The notes beneath the pieces were generated by a model. That model saw only the letters and a list, made by a program, of their open reading frames with translations. It was not told the origin of the DNA and searched no databases. Shown one piece after another: positions 12,856 to 26,399 of a stretch of 64,000 nt of DNA (positions are counted from its first letter, which is position 1; each line of letters starts with the position of its first letter). Origin of the DNA: Lama guanicoe (Eukaryota); NCBI GenBank assembly GCA_013239625.1, contig MU057357.1, positions 21,713,298 to 21,777,297 of the forward strand, given 5' to 3'. A program made the position numbers and the translations under genes.

Positions 12856-15800
12856 ATTTGGTTTTGAAAATAATCACCCTGAAATCTTTTAAAATACTCT
12901 CTCCATTCTGTTCGCAGCCTTCTTGTTGAAGGATGCTTATTAAAATTGATAATCCAAGACTTAGTTTAAAAAAAGAAAAAAATTCAAACCTATTACTGCC
13001 ATGTCTGCTACTTCAATAGGCTCCAAAGGCAGACGTTGACAGAAAACAGGATAACCCAAGTCTTGTAGCACAAAATAAGCTCATCAAAATCTCCCTGCTG
13101 TTGGCAGCAGATAGTTACCTTCACAGGATCAGCAAATAAGAAATTTGGTCATATGTGGGCATGATGATGCCAAGGTCACCAAACAGCTCTTGTTCAACCT
13201 GTCCTTATCTCATCATAATTTACATGAAAACTGCCAGTGAGGACTGCAAATGAATCCAGGCAATTTGGCCATTTCCCCTACAGCCCTCCGATAAAGGGTT
13301 TCCCTCACCTAATTTTTCTCTCCTTACTTTACTTCATGTCCATATGATTGACACGAGCTTTCATTTTCTCTTCGACTAATCATTCTTTCATTCAAAGTTC
13401 AGCACAAAGTCTCTCTCTTTCAGGAAGCCTGGTCTAGGAAAAAATAGAGTTAAAAAAATATGCTGATTGCCAAGTGCTGAGAAACACCCCTCCTCAATCC
13501 TGCACAATTAAACAGTATCTTCAAAATGAATCTAAGAGTCTGCCAACTGGTGGTATGTCTGGCTTACTAAGATTGTGATCGCCTAAAAGCAACGATCATA
13601 TTGCCTATATCACGTAAGTCTCAGACAATAAAAATAATCTTTTAGAGCTAAATTCGACCTCTGCTATCTCAGATGGGACATATACCTAAGTGTTTGAAGT
13701 GGTGTAGAGTTGTTAAGAACTTTCCAAAAAATGAGCTAGAATCACTTCACAAGTCCTGTCCACCACCACCACTGTAACTACACCCACTGTTTGGTTGGGG
13801 CAAACTAAAGTCCAGGGTCCTCAAAAGCCACTGGTCCACATTCTCACCACCACTCATTACCTATGTCATTATGAGTAGTTATTTGGAGTCTTTGGATTCA
13901 CCTATACTTGAGTTGGTGAATGAAAAAAAAAAGAAATTGTATTTTGCTAGTGATTTTTTTTCTGGAATAATAGAGTCAGTGAAATACAATGCCACCTACT
14001 ACTACCTATGTTTGTAATCAATTATCAGGGATTTGTATTCCCTTTAGCCAGCTGCCCTTCATTCCAAGCATTCTACCTATTTCGTTCACCTAAAAGACCC
14101 AAGAGTTAGAAGAACAAAGAGATAAAAGAAATTGGGGAAAGAATACAGATGCAAAAATATGGGGAGATATAACGTTCTCCTTTGTGGAAACCTGTAAAGT
14201 CATGCTTCTTCTGAGATCAGACCTTGACCCGATGATGCTGATGATAATGATGCTGCTGGTGCTCCGGCAAGGAAGGGGTGGACTTCGGTTCCCAGGAAGC
14301 ATGCTCACCCAGGTAACTGCATACGCAGGTGAACTACACTTGGCTGCCCATGGGAGCCCCTTCCTGACATTTATTATGTGTGTTTTTGTCACGTGCTATT
14401 AACCATGGTGCCACAGTCCCCAAAGAGTCTGAAGGATAGAAACAGGGAGACGAATCCCTTACCTTTCTCCTGGGAGTGTCCTAAAGCTTAATTACTTTTT
14501 TGTGCTTTAAAACCATCACATACATCCCAGAATGAAAATTCGAAGTGACAAAACAAGCTAGTGACAGTAGGGTAATCTGGGTTTCTTTGGTAAAGCAACC
14601 TCCTAAAATACTCATTCTTTCCAGTTTATTAACTACACTCACACTTCACGTTTTTTAGCAAAATCTTTATTCTTCTGACTCCTGAAACCAACTTGAAAAA
14701 CTCTCTAGGACTGCAAAGATTGATATTTATGGGAACTTTGTGATTTTTTTTTCTCCCTTCAAAGGATGATATGATATAATGGTTCTGACACATTTCTAGT
14801 CTTTTAAAATTAGGTCAGAGTTGAAAGATGGGAAAGGAAGTGGAAAACATGGCCAGGGAGTTCTGCACAATTTTTCTCCAGGGTTGGAGGAAGACGATGG
14901 AAGCACCAGGATTAATCAGCTCAGTGAGCCTATGGGAGAACCTCACACATCAAGCAACTCATTTTTCTGTCCATTTTCCTGGGTTTCAATATCTCAAAAG
15001 CCGGTTTGAGGAGAAGAATGCAGCAATGAAATGTACTCGTCGCAGAGAGGTTGCATGAACCAGTGAAAAGAATCGACCTTGTAAGAAAAACCTAGAAAGT
15101 GATTTCTCTAATTAATATTCACTTTTTCTTGACTTTCATCGCCAGAAAATATTAGGATGGGAGGTAAGGAGAGTATAAGTTTTGTCTAGAAATTGTGGGT
15201 AAGCAAGGATATGGTATAAGTGAAAATCTCTTACTGCATTTTTTAGCTATTAGGTTAAAAAAAACCCACATCAATAGCACACCCCAGAGGTACAACAATA
15301 TGACACCCCACTGTCAGAACTGCTGAGCCCCAAAGAATAACCACAGCACTGTGACCACTGTAAGACCGCATTCCTTCCCACTGTTTCTCACATCCACTGG
15401 TTGCTGGAGCTGCAACCAAATTAAATATTTCCCTCTAGTAATCTGTAAATTCGGAGAGACAACGCTGTGAAAATTAGCGGAATTCTAAACACACATGAAA
15501 GTTGGGAAATGCCTACGAAAACCTCTTCAGTGTTCCTCCTCCTCAAGCTATTTTCAACATACAAAGAAACTATTTGTTGTATATTTTTCCTCGGGGAGGC
15601 TGGGGAGGAAGGGGACAAGATTAAAGGCCTGGGGAGAGGGTGATGTCTTTGAAATAAGCAGCCTCAAATACTCCTTTCATCTCCCAAGGATTCCTTAGTT
15701 GCAGCGTATGAAAGAAATCCCCCAAACGACTCAAATCCAAGTTCAGTGTCAAGGCAAGTTTCAAAGCCGCATAACCTGGGCAGAGTTGGGGGCCAGGTCT

Positions 15801-16960
15801 TCTGCTCCTTGAAGGAAGGCACAGGGTCCCACACAACCTCCGACAACTTAGAAAAGCATTTTCCTCCTTCACAGTGTCTGGACCCTTAAAATCAAGTGTC
15901 CACTAGAGATAAAGGGACCCATACCTGAGAGGCCTTTCTATCCTGGTTCAGGGCTATTTTTCCATATGTTGCTTTTCAGAACATACCAACTCTAAGGCTA
16001 CTGCTCTGGCCTCTGCTCACAATGACTGCACCTACCCTCCCTCCGCCTTAAGAACAGTCCCTAGCTATTACTTGGCCACTGGATTAAGACTAAATTCAAC
16101 TTCTGACTGGTGGAGAGACACCGCTGCCCTTCACAGCCAAATCACCTAAGATGCTGGCATCCACTGTCACCTCTTCTCCCACCTAAGCCTCGATGTAGCC
16201 TGATATACACTGGAGGAAATCCCATTTGTTATTTATAGCTTGAAAATAAGTCTCATTAGATGTCCCAGCTTCGGTCATTATATTTTCATGGACAAAATAT
16301 AAATCATGCCTTAATAGTCAACGAAAAATCATCCTACACTAAAGCAAAGACCTAGATATTGGCTGAAAGTGTGGTTTAGGAAAGAAAAAATGCAGACGGG
16401 ACACCCGTACAGGCAAAACCCATCACTGTACATAAGAGCGCCAGTCAGTCCTCACTCAAGAAGGAGGGCGCTCCGTCCAGCAACTCATGAGAGCCCAGGG
16501 GCTCGGGAGGAGGCTCCCCTCTGAGGGGTGATGGCGTCCCAGGAACAACAATGGTCCTGACAGTTGTTCAGTTTCACCATTCATTTTCCATAAAGAGCAG
16601 TTTTTTTTGCGACGAGCAAAGTGGGGTGGGGTGGGGCAGGGGAGCCTTCATGGAAAACCCAGACCCACATTATCTGCCTCTTCTTCCAAAATGCAAACAC
16701 AAAACAAAAAATTTTAAACTCACCCATCTCACCCTCCTCCCCCAACGGGTCTTGCCAAAAGAAACAAATAAACATTAATTGGCTAGAGAGCCTTCATTCA
16801 AACCCAAATTACTGAAAAACACAGTAACAGAGAAAGGTCTGACAAGGGGTTATTAATCCTGTTTTACAACCCGCTCTTCCTCACCCCCCACCCGCTCCCG
16901 TTAACTTTGCACACACATGCACACACCCTCCCCAAACTCCCCAAGCCCCTCTGCACTGAG

Positions 16961-16978
16961 TGGCCAAGATGGGAACAT
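16961..16978 (-). other. KLF7: Candidate homologue of a KLF7 alternative first coding exon (MFPSWP), copy 1
   Basis: Minus strand reads ATG TTC CCA TCT TGG CCA, ending in phase 0 and so compatible with the exon 2 acceptor. It matches a recalled human alternative N-terminus. The following bases are CTCAGT (no GT). Confidence 0.6.
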
Positions 16979-18570
16979 GCCGAACCCATTACATCATCTC
17001 CCTTTCCTCTCCCAAATCACTTGCACAGGCTGACTCAGGCTACTGGGTTTTTGTTGTGTGGTTTTTTTTTTAAAGCAAACTCATTTCATTGACTCCCTTC
17101 TGGAACATTGTTCTACCCTTCTCAGTTGGGTTAACGAAATATATCCTCCTCTACCCTCCATAAAAAACACATACACGTACATGATTGCTTTTTTAACCCT
17201 GAAGCACAGTTGTCCACATATACAATACAATCAAAGCCGCATAACCTGGGCAGAGTTGGGGGCCAGGTCTTCTGCTCCTTGAAGGAAGGCACAGGGTCCC
17301 ACACAACCTCCGACAACTTAGAAAAGCATTTTCCTCCTTCACAGTGTCTGGACCCTTAAAATCAAGTGTCCACTAGAGATAAAGGGACCCATACCTGAGA
17401 GGCCTTTCTATCCTGGTTCAGGGCTATTTTTCCATATGTTGCTTTTCAGAACATACCAACTCTAAGGCTACTGCTCTGGCCTCTGCTCACAATGACTGCA
17501 CCTACCCTCCCTCCGCCTTAAGAACAGTCCCTAGCTATTACTTGGCCACTGGATTAAGACTAAATTCAACTTCTGACTGGTGGAGAGACACCGCTGCCCC
17601 TTCACAGCCAAATCACCTAAGATGCTGGCATCCACTGTCACCTCTTCTCCCACCTAAGCCTCGATGTAGCCTGATATACACTGGAGGAAATCCCATTTGT
17701 TATTTACAGCTTGAAAATAAGTCTCATTAGATGTCCCAGCTTCGGTCATTATATTTTCATGGACAAAATATAAATCATGCCTTAATAGTCAACGAAAAAT
17801 CATCCTACACTAAAGCAAAGACCTAGATATTGGCTGAAAGTGTGGTTTAGGAAAGAAAAAATGCAGACGGGACACCCGTACAGGCAAAACCCATCACTGT
17901 ACATAAGAGCGCCAGTCAGTCCTCACTCAAGAAGGAGGGCGCTCCGTCCAGCAACTCATGAGAGCCCAGGGGCTCGGGAGGAGGCTCCCCTCTGAGGGGT
18001 GATGGCGTCCCAGGAACAACAATGGTCCTGACAGTTGTTCAGTTTCACCATTCATTTTCCATAAAGAGCAGTTTTTTTTGCGACGAGCGCNNNNNNNNNN
18101 NNNNNNNNNNNNNNNNNNNNNNNNNNNNNNNNNNNNNNNNNNNNNNNNNNNNNNNNNNNNNNNNNNNNNNNNNNNNNNNNNNNNNNNNNNNNNNNNNNNN
18201 NNNNNNNNNNNNNNNNNNNNNNGGCTGGGGCTGGGGGTGGATGGGGCAGGGGAGCCTTCATGGAAAACCCAGACCCACATTATCTGCCTCTTCTTCCAAA
18301 ATGCAAACACAAAACAAAAAATTTTAAACTCACCCATCTCACCCTCCTCCCCCAACGGGTCTTGCCAAAAGAAACAAATAAACATTAATTGGCTAGAGAG
18401 CCTTCATTCAAACCCAAATTACTGAAAAACACAGTAACAGAGAAAGGTCTGACAAGGGGTTATTAATCCTGTTTTACAACCCGCTCTTCCTCACCCCCCA
18501 CCCGCTCCCGTTAACTTTGCACACACATGCACACACCCTCCCCAAACTCCCCAAGCCCCTCTGCACTGAG

Positions 18571-18588
18571 TGGCCAAGATGGGAACAT
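18571..18588 (-). other. KLF7: Candidate homologue of a KLF7 alternative first coding exon (MFPSWP), copy 2
   Basis: Identical sequence in the second unit of the tandem duplication. Confidence 0.55.
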
Positions 18589-18837
18589 GCCGAACCCATT
18601 ACATCATCTCCCTTTCCTCTCCCAAATCACTTGCACAGGCTGACTCAGGCTACTGGGTTTTTGTTGTGTGGTTTTTTTTTTAAAGCAAACTCATTTCATT
18701 GACTCCCTTCTGGAACATTGTTCTACCCTTCTCAGTTGGGTTAACGAAATATATCCTCCTCTACCCTTCATAAAAAACACATACACGTACATGATTGCTT
18801 TTTTAACCCTGAAGCACAGTTGTCCACATATACAATA

Positions 18838-18853
18838 CACACACACACACACA

Positions 18854-18890
<37 letters not shown>
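18838..18890. repeat. (CA)n microsatellite
   Basis: Interrupted CA run directly at the right end of the duplication. Confidence 0.95.
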
Positions 18891-18893
<3 letters not shown>

Positions 18894-19269
18894 TCCACTC
18901 AAAGCTTGAATTTCCCAAGAACAATGGTTCAGATCCCACTGGGGCCCTCGGTGGCAAATGCAATTTAGTGGCTGGTGATCACAGAGGATATTTCCAAAAC
19001 CAAGAGAGTTTACAGGAACTTCCACTGTGGAACGTTAAAGTGGGGGTGCTAAGAGGAATGTTTGTCCTACTCCTAGGACTGCGAAAAATGACAGCCAAAA
19101 ACATCATGAAACCAAGCCCCAGGCCGCTTTTCCTGACATAGATGGTCAAACATCTACTTAATTCGAAGTACTTGGAATCAACTTCCCAAAATATTTAAGG
19201 TGGCTGCGTGGGTGTGCCACTGTGTGCTCAGCCCGGTGAAGGAAACTGGCTCTGTGTACACTGTGAGGC

Positions 19270-19520
19270 AGGAGAGAGGGGTTAAAAGCTGGTCCTGGAG
19301 GCAGGCTGCTTGGGTCCAAAATCAGGTTACACTACTTCTCAGTAGCTCACATCACTGTTGGGCCAGTTGCTTGACCCCTCTGCCTCAGTTTCATCACCTG
19401 TGAAATGAGATAACAGTACAGCCTACAACACAGAAGTGTACAGGAGTTCAATCACTCTCAAGGGTCAGGTGTTTACAACAGGGCCTGACACACACGCTAC
19501 GTATGCTGTAGCCATTACAG
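19270..19520 (+). mobile_element. MIR SINE
   Basis: ctgcctcagtttcatcacctgtgaaatgagataacagta core. Confidence 0.75.
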
Positions 19521-20339
19521 AATGTGTTCTTTTCATCCCATGTCTAAGATGAAAATATCATAGAAGAAAACATATCAAGGGCATGGAAAGGGAAAATAAG
19601 AAACACCCAATAATTATCAAGGTAAAGCAAAGCTGTGGAGTAGAAAAGGCTGAGTAAGCAGGGACCCTGGCTGTGTGACCTGCCCCATGGGGCTGTTTTC
19701 TCATCCACCAGGTGAATGGATGGGGGTCTCAGGATGCTACTAGTCCGCATGCAGTTTCAGGATGCCATGAAACAGTGGCAGAAGGATGACGACTGAAACA
19801 TGGGAATGGCTCATTCAGAACAGGCTCAAAGGAACTGACACATGGTTCTGCTGCTCAACTGGCTGGTGAAAGGAAGGAGGCTGGAGAAGGTGGCCTTTGG
19901 TCACCCCTCACAGAGACCTCATGGCCTCACTCAGAAAGCCTAACACACTCACTAACCCAAGTTTACAGGATACTATGGAATCCATTCTCTTGCTACACAC
20001 GGATATCAGCCTCACCAGCATCTAAATACATTCTTCACTAGAATGTGGGCTCCTCAAAGACACTGGACCTGTTTTTGACTTATGGACTGGCTCAAGCCTG
20101 TGTCTCGTTAAATGAATGAATGAATGAAGCAACTCTCAAACAATTTGGTCAAAATATCAACAGTGATCACAATTCTGGTCAGATAGGGGTCCAAGAGCAT
20201 GCTGAAAGCCAAAAATTCTTCCTTGTTCATCAAAAGAACATCAGAAAGAATGTGTATGCATTTATTACCAACAATCCTTGTAGGATTCAGCAGTATTTTA
20301 ATATTTAATTACAGGTGGTATTTACTTGTCTCTTCAATT

Positions 20340-20600
20340 TTTTTTTTTTACAATCTTTAAACTTTTTAAATTTCTTGTTGAAGTATTGTTGATTTACAAT
20401 GTTGTATTAGTTTCAGGTGTACAGCAAAATGATTCAGAATATATATATTCTTTTTCAGATTCTTTTCTACTACAGGTTATCACAAGACACTGAATAAAGT
20501 TCCTGTGCTATATTCACTAGGTCCAAGTTGCTTACCTATTTTATATACAAGTAGTGTGTATCTGTTAATCCCAAACTCCTAAATTATCTCTCCCTTCCCT
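20340..20600 (-). mobile_element. L1 3' end fragment
   Basis: gttgatttacaatgttgtattagtttcaggtgtacagcaaaatgattcag...gtgtatctgttaatcccaaactcct. Confidence 0.85.
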
Positions 20601-21049
20601 CCTTCAATGTTTCTCATTTAAAAACTAAACATTTAAATGCTTTCTGTTGGGACACATCCAGCATTCCCAAATGAGAGGCACATTTAGATTCATAAAAGAC
20701 CATAGGGCAGCCTTGTGTAGGAAGTAAAAGCCACTTCCTCATCACAGAGAGTGCCCCTCTCCCTTCTGTCACTTCGTCTTTTCTCCTCTGGCCTCCAGAA
20801 ACCACCAGGAAGAGAAGCAATAAACATAAGTGGACAAGATGCTATTTCCAACTCTCATTTTTCATTGGTAAAAAGAACGTGGTTGGGACTCAAGGTTCAG
20901 TGCCTCCCTTTCCAATGCTCCCCTCCCCACTGAACTACTAAACCTGAGCAGGGAGGTCATTTCCTTCTCTGCCAAATGAGTGATCCACACTCTCAAAAAT
21001 GCCTTCCAGCTCAAACTTCTTGCTGATTATCCTTCAGTGGCCTGCCGTC

Positions 21050-21520
21050 ACACTTACTCCCTCACCATGGGAAATCAGATCCTACGTGATCTGGCCTTGC
21101 CTTCCTCAACTCTTAACCCTATTCACAAGCTCATCTCTCTCTCAGAACCATAATCTCTGCCACTCCTTCACCCCAGAATTCATACTCCCCAAGTCACGGC
21201 ATACCTGCTTCTCTTTACTCTATCATGTTTTGGTTTAACTGCCACCTATTCAGAGGGCCCTTCTTTAATCTGCCTAGATAAAGGAACCCAAACACCCTGT
21301 TCATTCTCCATCAGGCTACCTGTTTCATTTGTTTTTTAGTTACTCACCAAGCCCTGGAGAGATCTAAGTTATTTGTTTGCATGTTTATTGTCTATCTTTC
21401 CTACTACTTGGGAAGTTCCAGGAGAGCAGGGACCTAGTCTTATGTGCTAATGAATCCCCAGCACAGAGCCTGGAAAAGGCATCCAAACATACTAGTTTAA
21501 TGAGTAAACGAATCAGTGAA
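21050..21520 (+). mobile_element. L2 3' fragment
   Basis: ccaggagagcagggacctagtcttatgtg...tccccagcacagagcctgg-type L2 terminus. Confidence 0.65.
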
Positions 21521-24500
21521 GCCATTAGTCAATCCTGAATTCCAGGGAGAACATTAGTGGTCTCTCCAGCCAGGGAGTCTTTTCTAAAACATCTACCTTA
21601 TTAGGTCAAAGGGCTCCATCAACATTTCTCCTCAGTTCACATTTCAGCACTGAGAAAGCATTCGCTGATTCATACTCATCAGACCGAGTGAAATGGAGCC
21701 TCTTCTCAAGACAGAGACCGGTCTCGGGTCCTCACATCTGCCCATTTCAAACAGATGCAAAGAGAGCATTTCTTCTCAGGCGTCAATATTGCATCATGTG
21801 CTCTGAGTGTCGCTCAGATGAATAAACCCACCCTCTCCTGGTCTCCGCACCAGGTGCTTATTAACTGGTGCCCTGAGGGAACAGATTAAAGATAGAGGCT
21901 TAACCATTTTATATCACCAATCCCCATTTCTATCACCCAAAAGGACCTCCCTGAGAAAGACAACTCTGGCCACTGGTCTCTGAAGCACTTGAGAGTCACA
22001 TCTATTTAGTCCCCAACACTAGCATCTCCACAATCATCAGTCCATCAGTGATGGAGTCCACTCATCTCTCGCAGTCAGCGAGGACTCATATTTTCTTTCA
22101 TCCTAAATAGCCCCACACCTCACTTACACTTGTGAGGTCCTTGGAAATCTCTGTTTTGGCTCATTCTGGCGACTTTCCCATAAATTCCTAAACACAGAAG
22201 CATTTGGTTCCTCTCCATTCCCTTTAAGAATTTTACATAAAAAGATATCTCTACTGAGAGGTGCTATTTATTTCAGGATCATTATTTCACAGATACAGAG
22301 CCCTCAAACACTGAACCTGGAAGCAGGCCAAAATCCAATTAAGAGGGTATGGCGTTTGAACTAGGCAAGCACTAAGGGTGAAAATACTGAATATAAGCTG
22401 TACAGGGTTCCTGTGTGTGTGAATGCGTGTGCACACGTGTATGTGTGCACACCACCGACAAGGCAGTGGAGGTTCTTTTTAATGTCGTTCAGATGCCTTT
22501 CTCTAGAACTGTTGTTCCCAGAGTCACAAAGCCATTCCGCTTCATGTTTATTATGTTTGGCAATGGGAATCTTTCACATGCTGGCTGGAAAAAGATGAGG
22601 GAGAAAGGAAGAGAAGGCTCTCTATCAGGTAAAGAAAAGAAAAATGTGCTCGGTGCATTTTGGAACCACATTCCGATGTTGCAGATTTCAGATTAACAAT
22701 TCAACCCAACTTGACAGGGAAGAATCAAGAGCTGAGGTCCTGAGTTTGGTCTGCGGTAGCTCTCGCATCTCATTTAACTTTAGGTGGCTCGCCTGACACC
22801 ACATGACGTGCACTTTCAGGCACCCCAGACTCTCACTGAAGAAGAGACACTAATTTGAATCATCACCACCATCCCCTCTCCCCTTGGTTCCTGTCTGAAC
22901 CAATTTCCATACAGTTTCAAAGAAATCATCAGCCCATGCAAAGGGGAAATCCCAATGGAACAAGAACTACATTAGCAGCATAAGGGGGAAAATCTAATTT
23001 CCAATCCAGTTGCTTTGTTGTTTCAACCTCCAAGGAAGGTGGCTACATATGCACAACATAAACTGAGTTTCAAAACGCCACTGTGATTTAAAATTAATAA
23101 GAACTCTCATGGGGAAAAGGTGGTTCTTGGTACAAATCTCCTTATACAACTGAAGGTCAACTCCACCAGAGCTTGTGGGTGGTCTGGGTCTTTGAGGTCT
23201 CAATCATCTCAGCCAACAAAATATTTTAGAATGGCATATATTCATTGAAACCCATACACAGGCCACGTGATAGTTTATGGTGAATGAATTCCCAGTGTAA
23301 GGCAGTATCCATATTAAGAATTCCCAAACTACCTTGTTGACAGACCTCACTGAGATGTATTTCAATGGTCCAAATTAAGGATCCCACTTTGGCATGACAG
23401 GATATGCCAGTGAGATTTCCTAGTGCCCTACTTAATGGAATAAAATTCATGGCAAGACACCAGTGTGACTACATCATTAATTAACCTGAACCACATACCG
23501 GAACATTGCTGCTAATAAAACTCCCCTATAAAGAAAACATGTTTTCTCTACTGAGAATCCTGGAATGTGGGCCCCAGCAGAGCCACTGCCTTAATTAAGG
23601 AGATATTTTGATACTGTGTCTCTATCTGCAATTGCCATGAAATTTGGTCATATTTGGCTGGATCTTCAATAACTTGAGGTCTTGAATGTACTTTTTGGAA
23701 AAAGAAGATAAAAATGGCATCCACGCTGTCAGGATTTGCAAACAACTACATGAATGAAAGGATCACTTCTGCGAAAGCAGGGATGCTTTATCTGTGCTGT
23801 TCTTAAAAGCACACTCTGAGCTCTGAACCCGTAATGCACTGAATCAGAGATCTATAGAAGCCTTCCATCTTCTCTGGAAAACAGGCTGACGGAATCAGGA
23901 ACAAAGTCATAACTACAGCAGCCAGATGAAACTGGGACTTTCCAAACCCAGTCCATATGAAATGACGTATGCTTTTTTACGGAGAATCCTTTTGTGAAAA
24001 GCGTCTGAAAATACTTGTCGATATTTTCACATGACCTTGGAGTCCCCCTTTGAGACCAACTAAACAGCAAGGATTAAAATCCCCAACCTATTGCTGGGGA
24101 ACCCAAGTTAATAAAGGAAACTGGTTTTTCCATACCTCTGTAGCATACTAGCAACAAGACCAGAAACAGAACCAAAAGTTTCTTGTCTTTTTTTCTAAGG
24201 CTTTTTTTCTGGTCTAACTCTCTCACCACGATCTCAAAACATTCTAAAAAATTCAACAAACCATCATCCCCCAGTAACCTTGCAGGAACACAATTTCTGA
24301 CAAAGGTTCAGGATCTTCCCAAACTGTAAACACAATACTGGATCCCAAATTTGATTTCACAGACTTTTCAACAATGTATCTCTATGTAGTGTCTTCTGGT
24401 GAGAGCAAAACAAGAGGTCTTAGTTTTGACAACCCCCTTTAACAGGAGGTTTCTGAATTTTCTCTAGCGATTCCGTATCTTGGTTGGATTGTTAAAAGCA

Positions 24501-24871
24501 AATAGGATTTCAGTCATTCCAATCTCTCAACATCAAGTGTCATCATCGAGATAGAAAGAAATGGACTAGTATCATTTTTTAAGATCTGAAGTGAGAAAAT
24601 GTATAATTACAGTTTACTGAGGACCTAAATTTACTTGTTTCTTGGATTAATGCCAAGTGTGCGAAAACTGTAAGATTTTTTTAAAGGGGGGATTTGAACC
24701 TGTTATCCAACATTTTAAAAACCATTTCTTAGTATTAATAAACACAAAAGTGCATATTTGACTAAGCCAGATTCAACATCGCCCCCATACCCAGTGCCCT
24801 TCAGAATAGTGGATCTTAACCCATTTTCAATAGCAGTATTATCAATCACTCATTTCTTTTGTTCAAGATTC

Positions 24872-24901
24872 AAAACAAAACAAAACAAAACAAAACAAAA
24901 C
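24872..24901. repeat. (AAAAC)n microsatellite
   Basis: About six perfect units. Confidence 0.9.
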
Positions 24902-26399
24902 ATACAGCTTGAAAAAGAACCTGAAAGGAATAGAAGCAGCGAGAAGAAGAAAAAACAGCAGCAATCGAAAACAGATGAAGCAAGTCTCTCATTCCTGTGT
25001 AAAAATCCTGGATGCCAACGCTCTTATCAGGTGACGCACCTCTGACCAAGGGGATTCATCAGCCTTTGGGCAGCAGTCAGCTCAAGGGCAAAACGGACAC
25101 TTGGCCCTGCTCCCTACATGGAACCTAAACATTAATTTTAATGTGATTTTTGTCTATAATCATTTGGTAGTAAACTAAAAAAAGAAAGATGACCAGAATA
25201 TTATTGAGATTCAGAAATGTATGGTTGAGGAAGACCATCTTCAGTAAAAATCAAGTAATTTACAATTTAAAAAGAGAGAGAGAAATTATTTCCAGAAATA
25301 AATTTTTTTTAAAAAATCAAGTAATTTAGCATCTCTTTGGGGTGTATGCCTAATCAATCTTGGAGATCAAAATCCTTCAACCTTGGGACTTTTTAGAGGT
25401 ATATAAAATCAAGGGCAATGTGGTGTCACAGAGAGAACTCAGACCAAAGTCACGAGGACTTTTACCAGCTCCTCCTATGTAATAGCTCTGTGGCCTTCCT
25501 CAAGTCACCTCCTCTTTGGTCCTTGGTTTCTCACGATCAAATCTTGCTTGCCTAGGGGAAGTAAGGCATGAGGAAGATGGAATTTACTAATCCGAGCTCT
25601 CTGCTTATGGGAGTGCCACATCTTCAGGGATCTCGATTTCAGACTCTGGACTGCAGTTTCTGCCCAGTCTCCCAGGACGTCTCCTGGCACAAGGCTACAC
25701 GGTTGTCCTTGGGGTACTGGGGTAGACAGGTGTTGTTTCTAAGGATCCCTTCCTATAGAAGTTATCGATGCCCTTCCTGATAAACCTAGGTCAGAATTCA
25801 CAAAACTTCAATACCTACAGAGACCAGGCAGCTAATATACATCAGTGAAAAGAATATGACAGCAGGGACTGGTAAGAACTGAGGTAAATACTTCCCACAA
25901 AGTTTCCCTATGAAATTGCTTATTCGAGGAGAGACCTGGCTGGAAGAAAGCATGAATGAGCAGTGCTTTCATTTGTCAGCTCAGTTACTCTTGTCCAGCA
26001 TCACGCAGCTGGAATTCCTGCTCTCAAGAAGAATCTTGACCCAAGAAAGAGAAATCTGCGGAGATGTCACCAGGAAATGTCCCACAGGAGAGGGTAAGGA
26101 CTGACAAATCCACAAGAGCCTGGAGGTCTGACAGCAGGTTTCAAACTTCCTTGAGCAAACCACAGTGCTTGGTATACTCAGTAGCTGCTCAATAAATACT
26201 TCTTAAATGAATTTTTGAAAAGTCTTGATAAGGAGCCATTATAACTTATCATTATGTGCTCTTCTCAAGGGTGACTAAATCAGATTGGTAGCTTCATCCA
26301 GCAAGATAATGGCCAGGGAGAAAGAACTCTCCTAAGGTACAAAGGTTATACCCGTTTGAACTCTGTTGGCCTTTCAAGGGGTGGGTACTGTATCTTGTA

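Larger units (their letters stand above)
15761..18839 (+). repeat. Direct tandem duplication, units 15761-17229 and 17231-18839
   Basis: Both units start tcaaagccgcataacctggg and end tgtccacatatacaataca. Visible differences are a 1-bp indel, two substitutions and a G-rich segment that contains an N-run in copy 2. Confidence 0.97.

Noticed and set aside
21714-21725. 12-bp palindrome GAGACCGGTCTC
   Set aside because: Palindromes of this length are expected by chance in 64 kb.
22944-22953. NF-kB consensus GGGAAATCCC (also at 56125-56134)
   Set aside because: Isolated 10-mers without supporting context.
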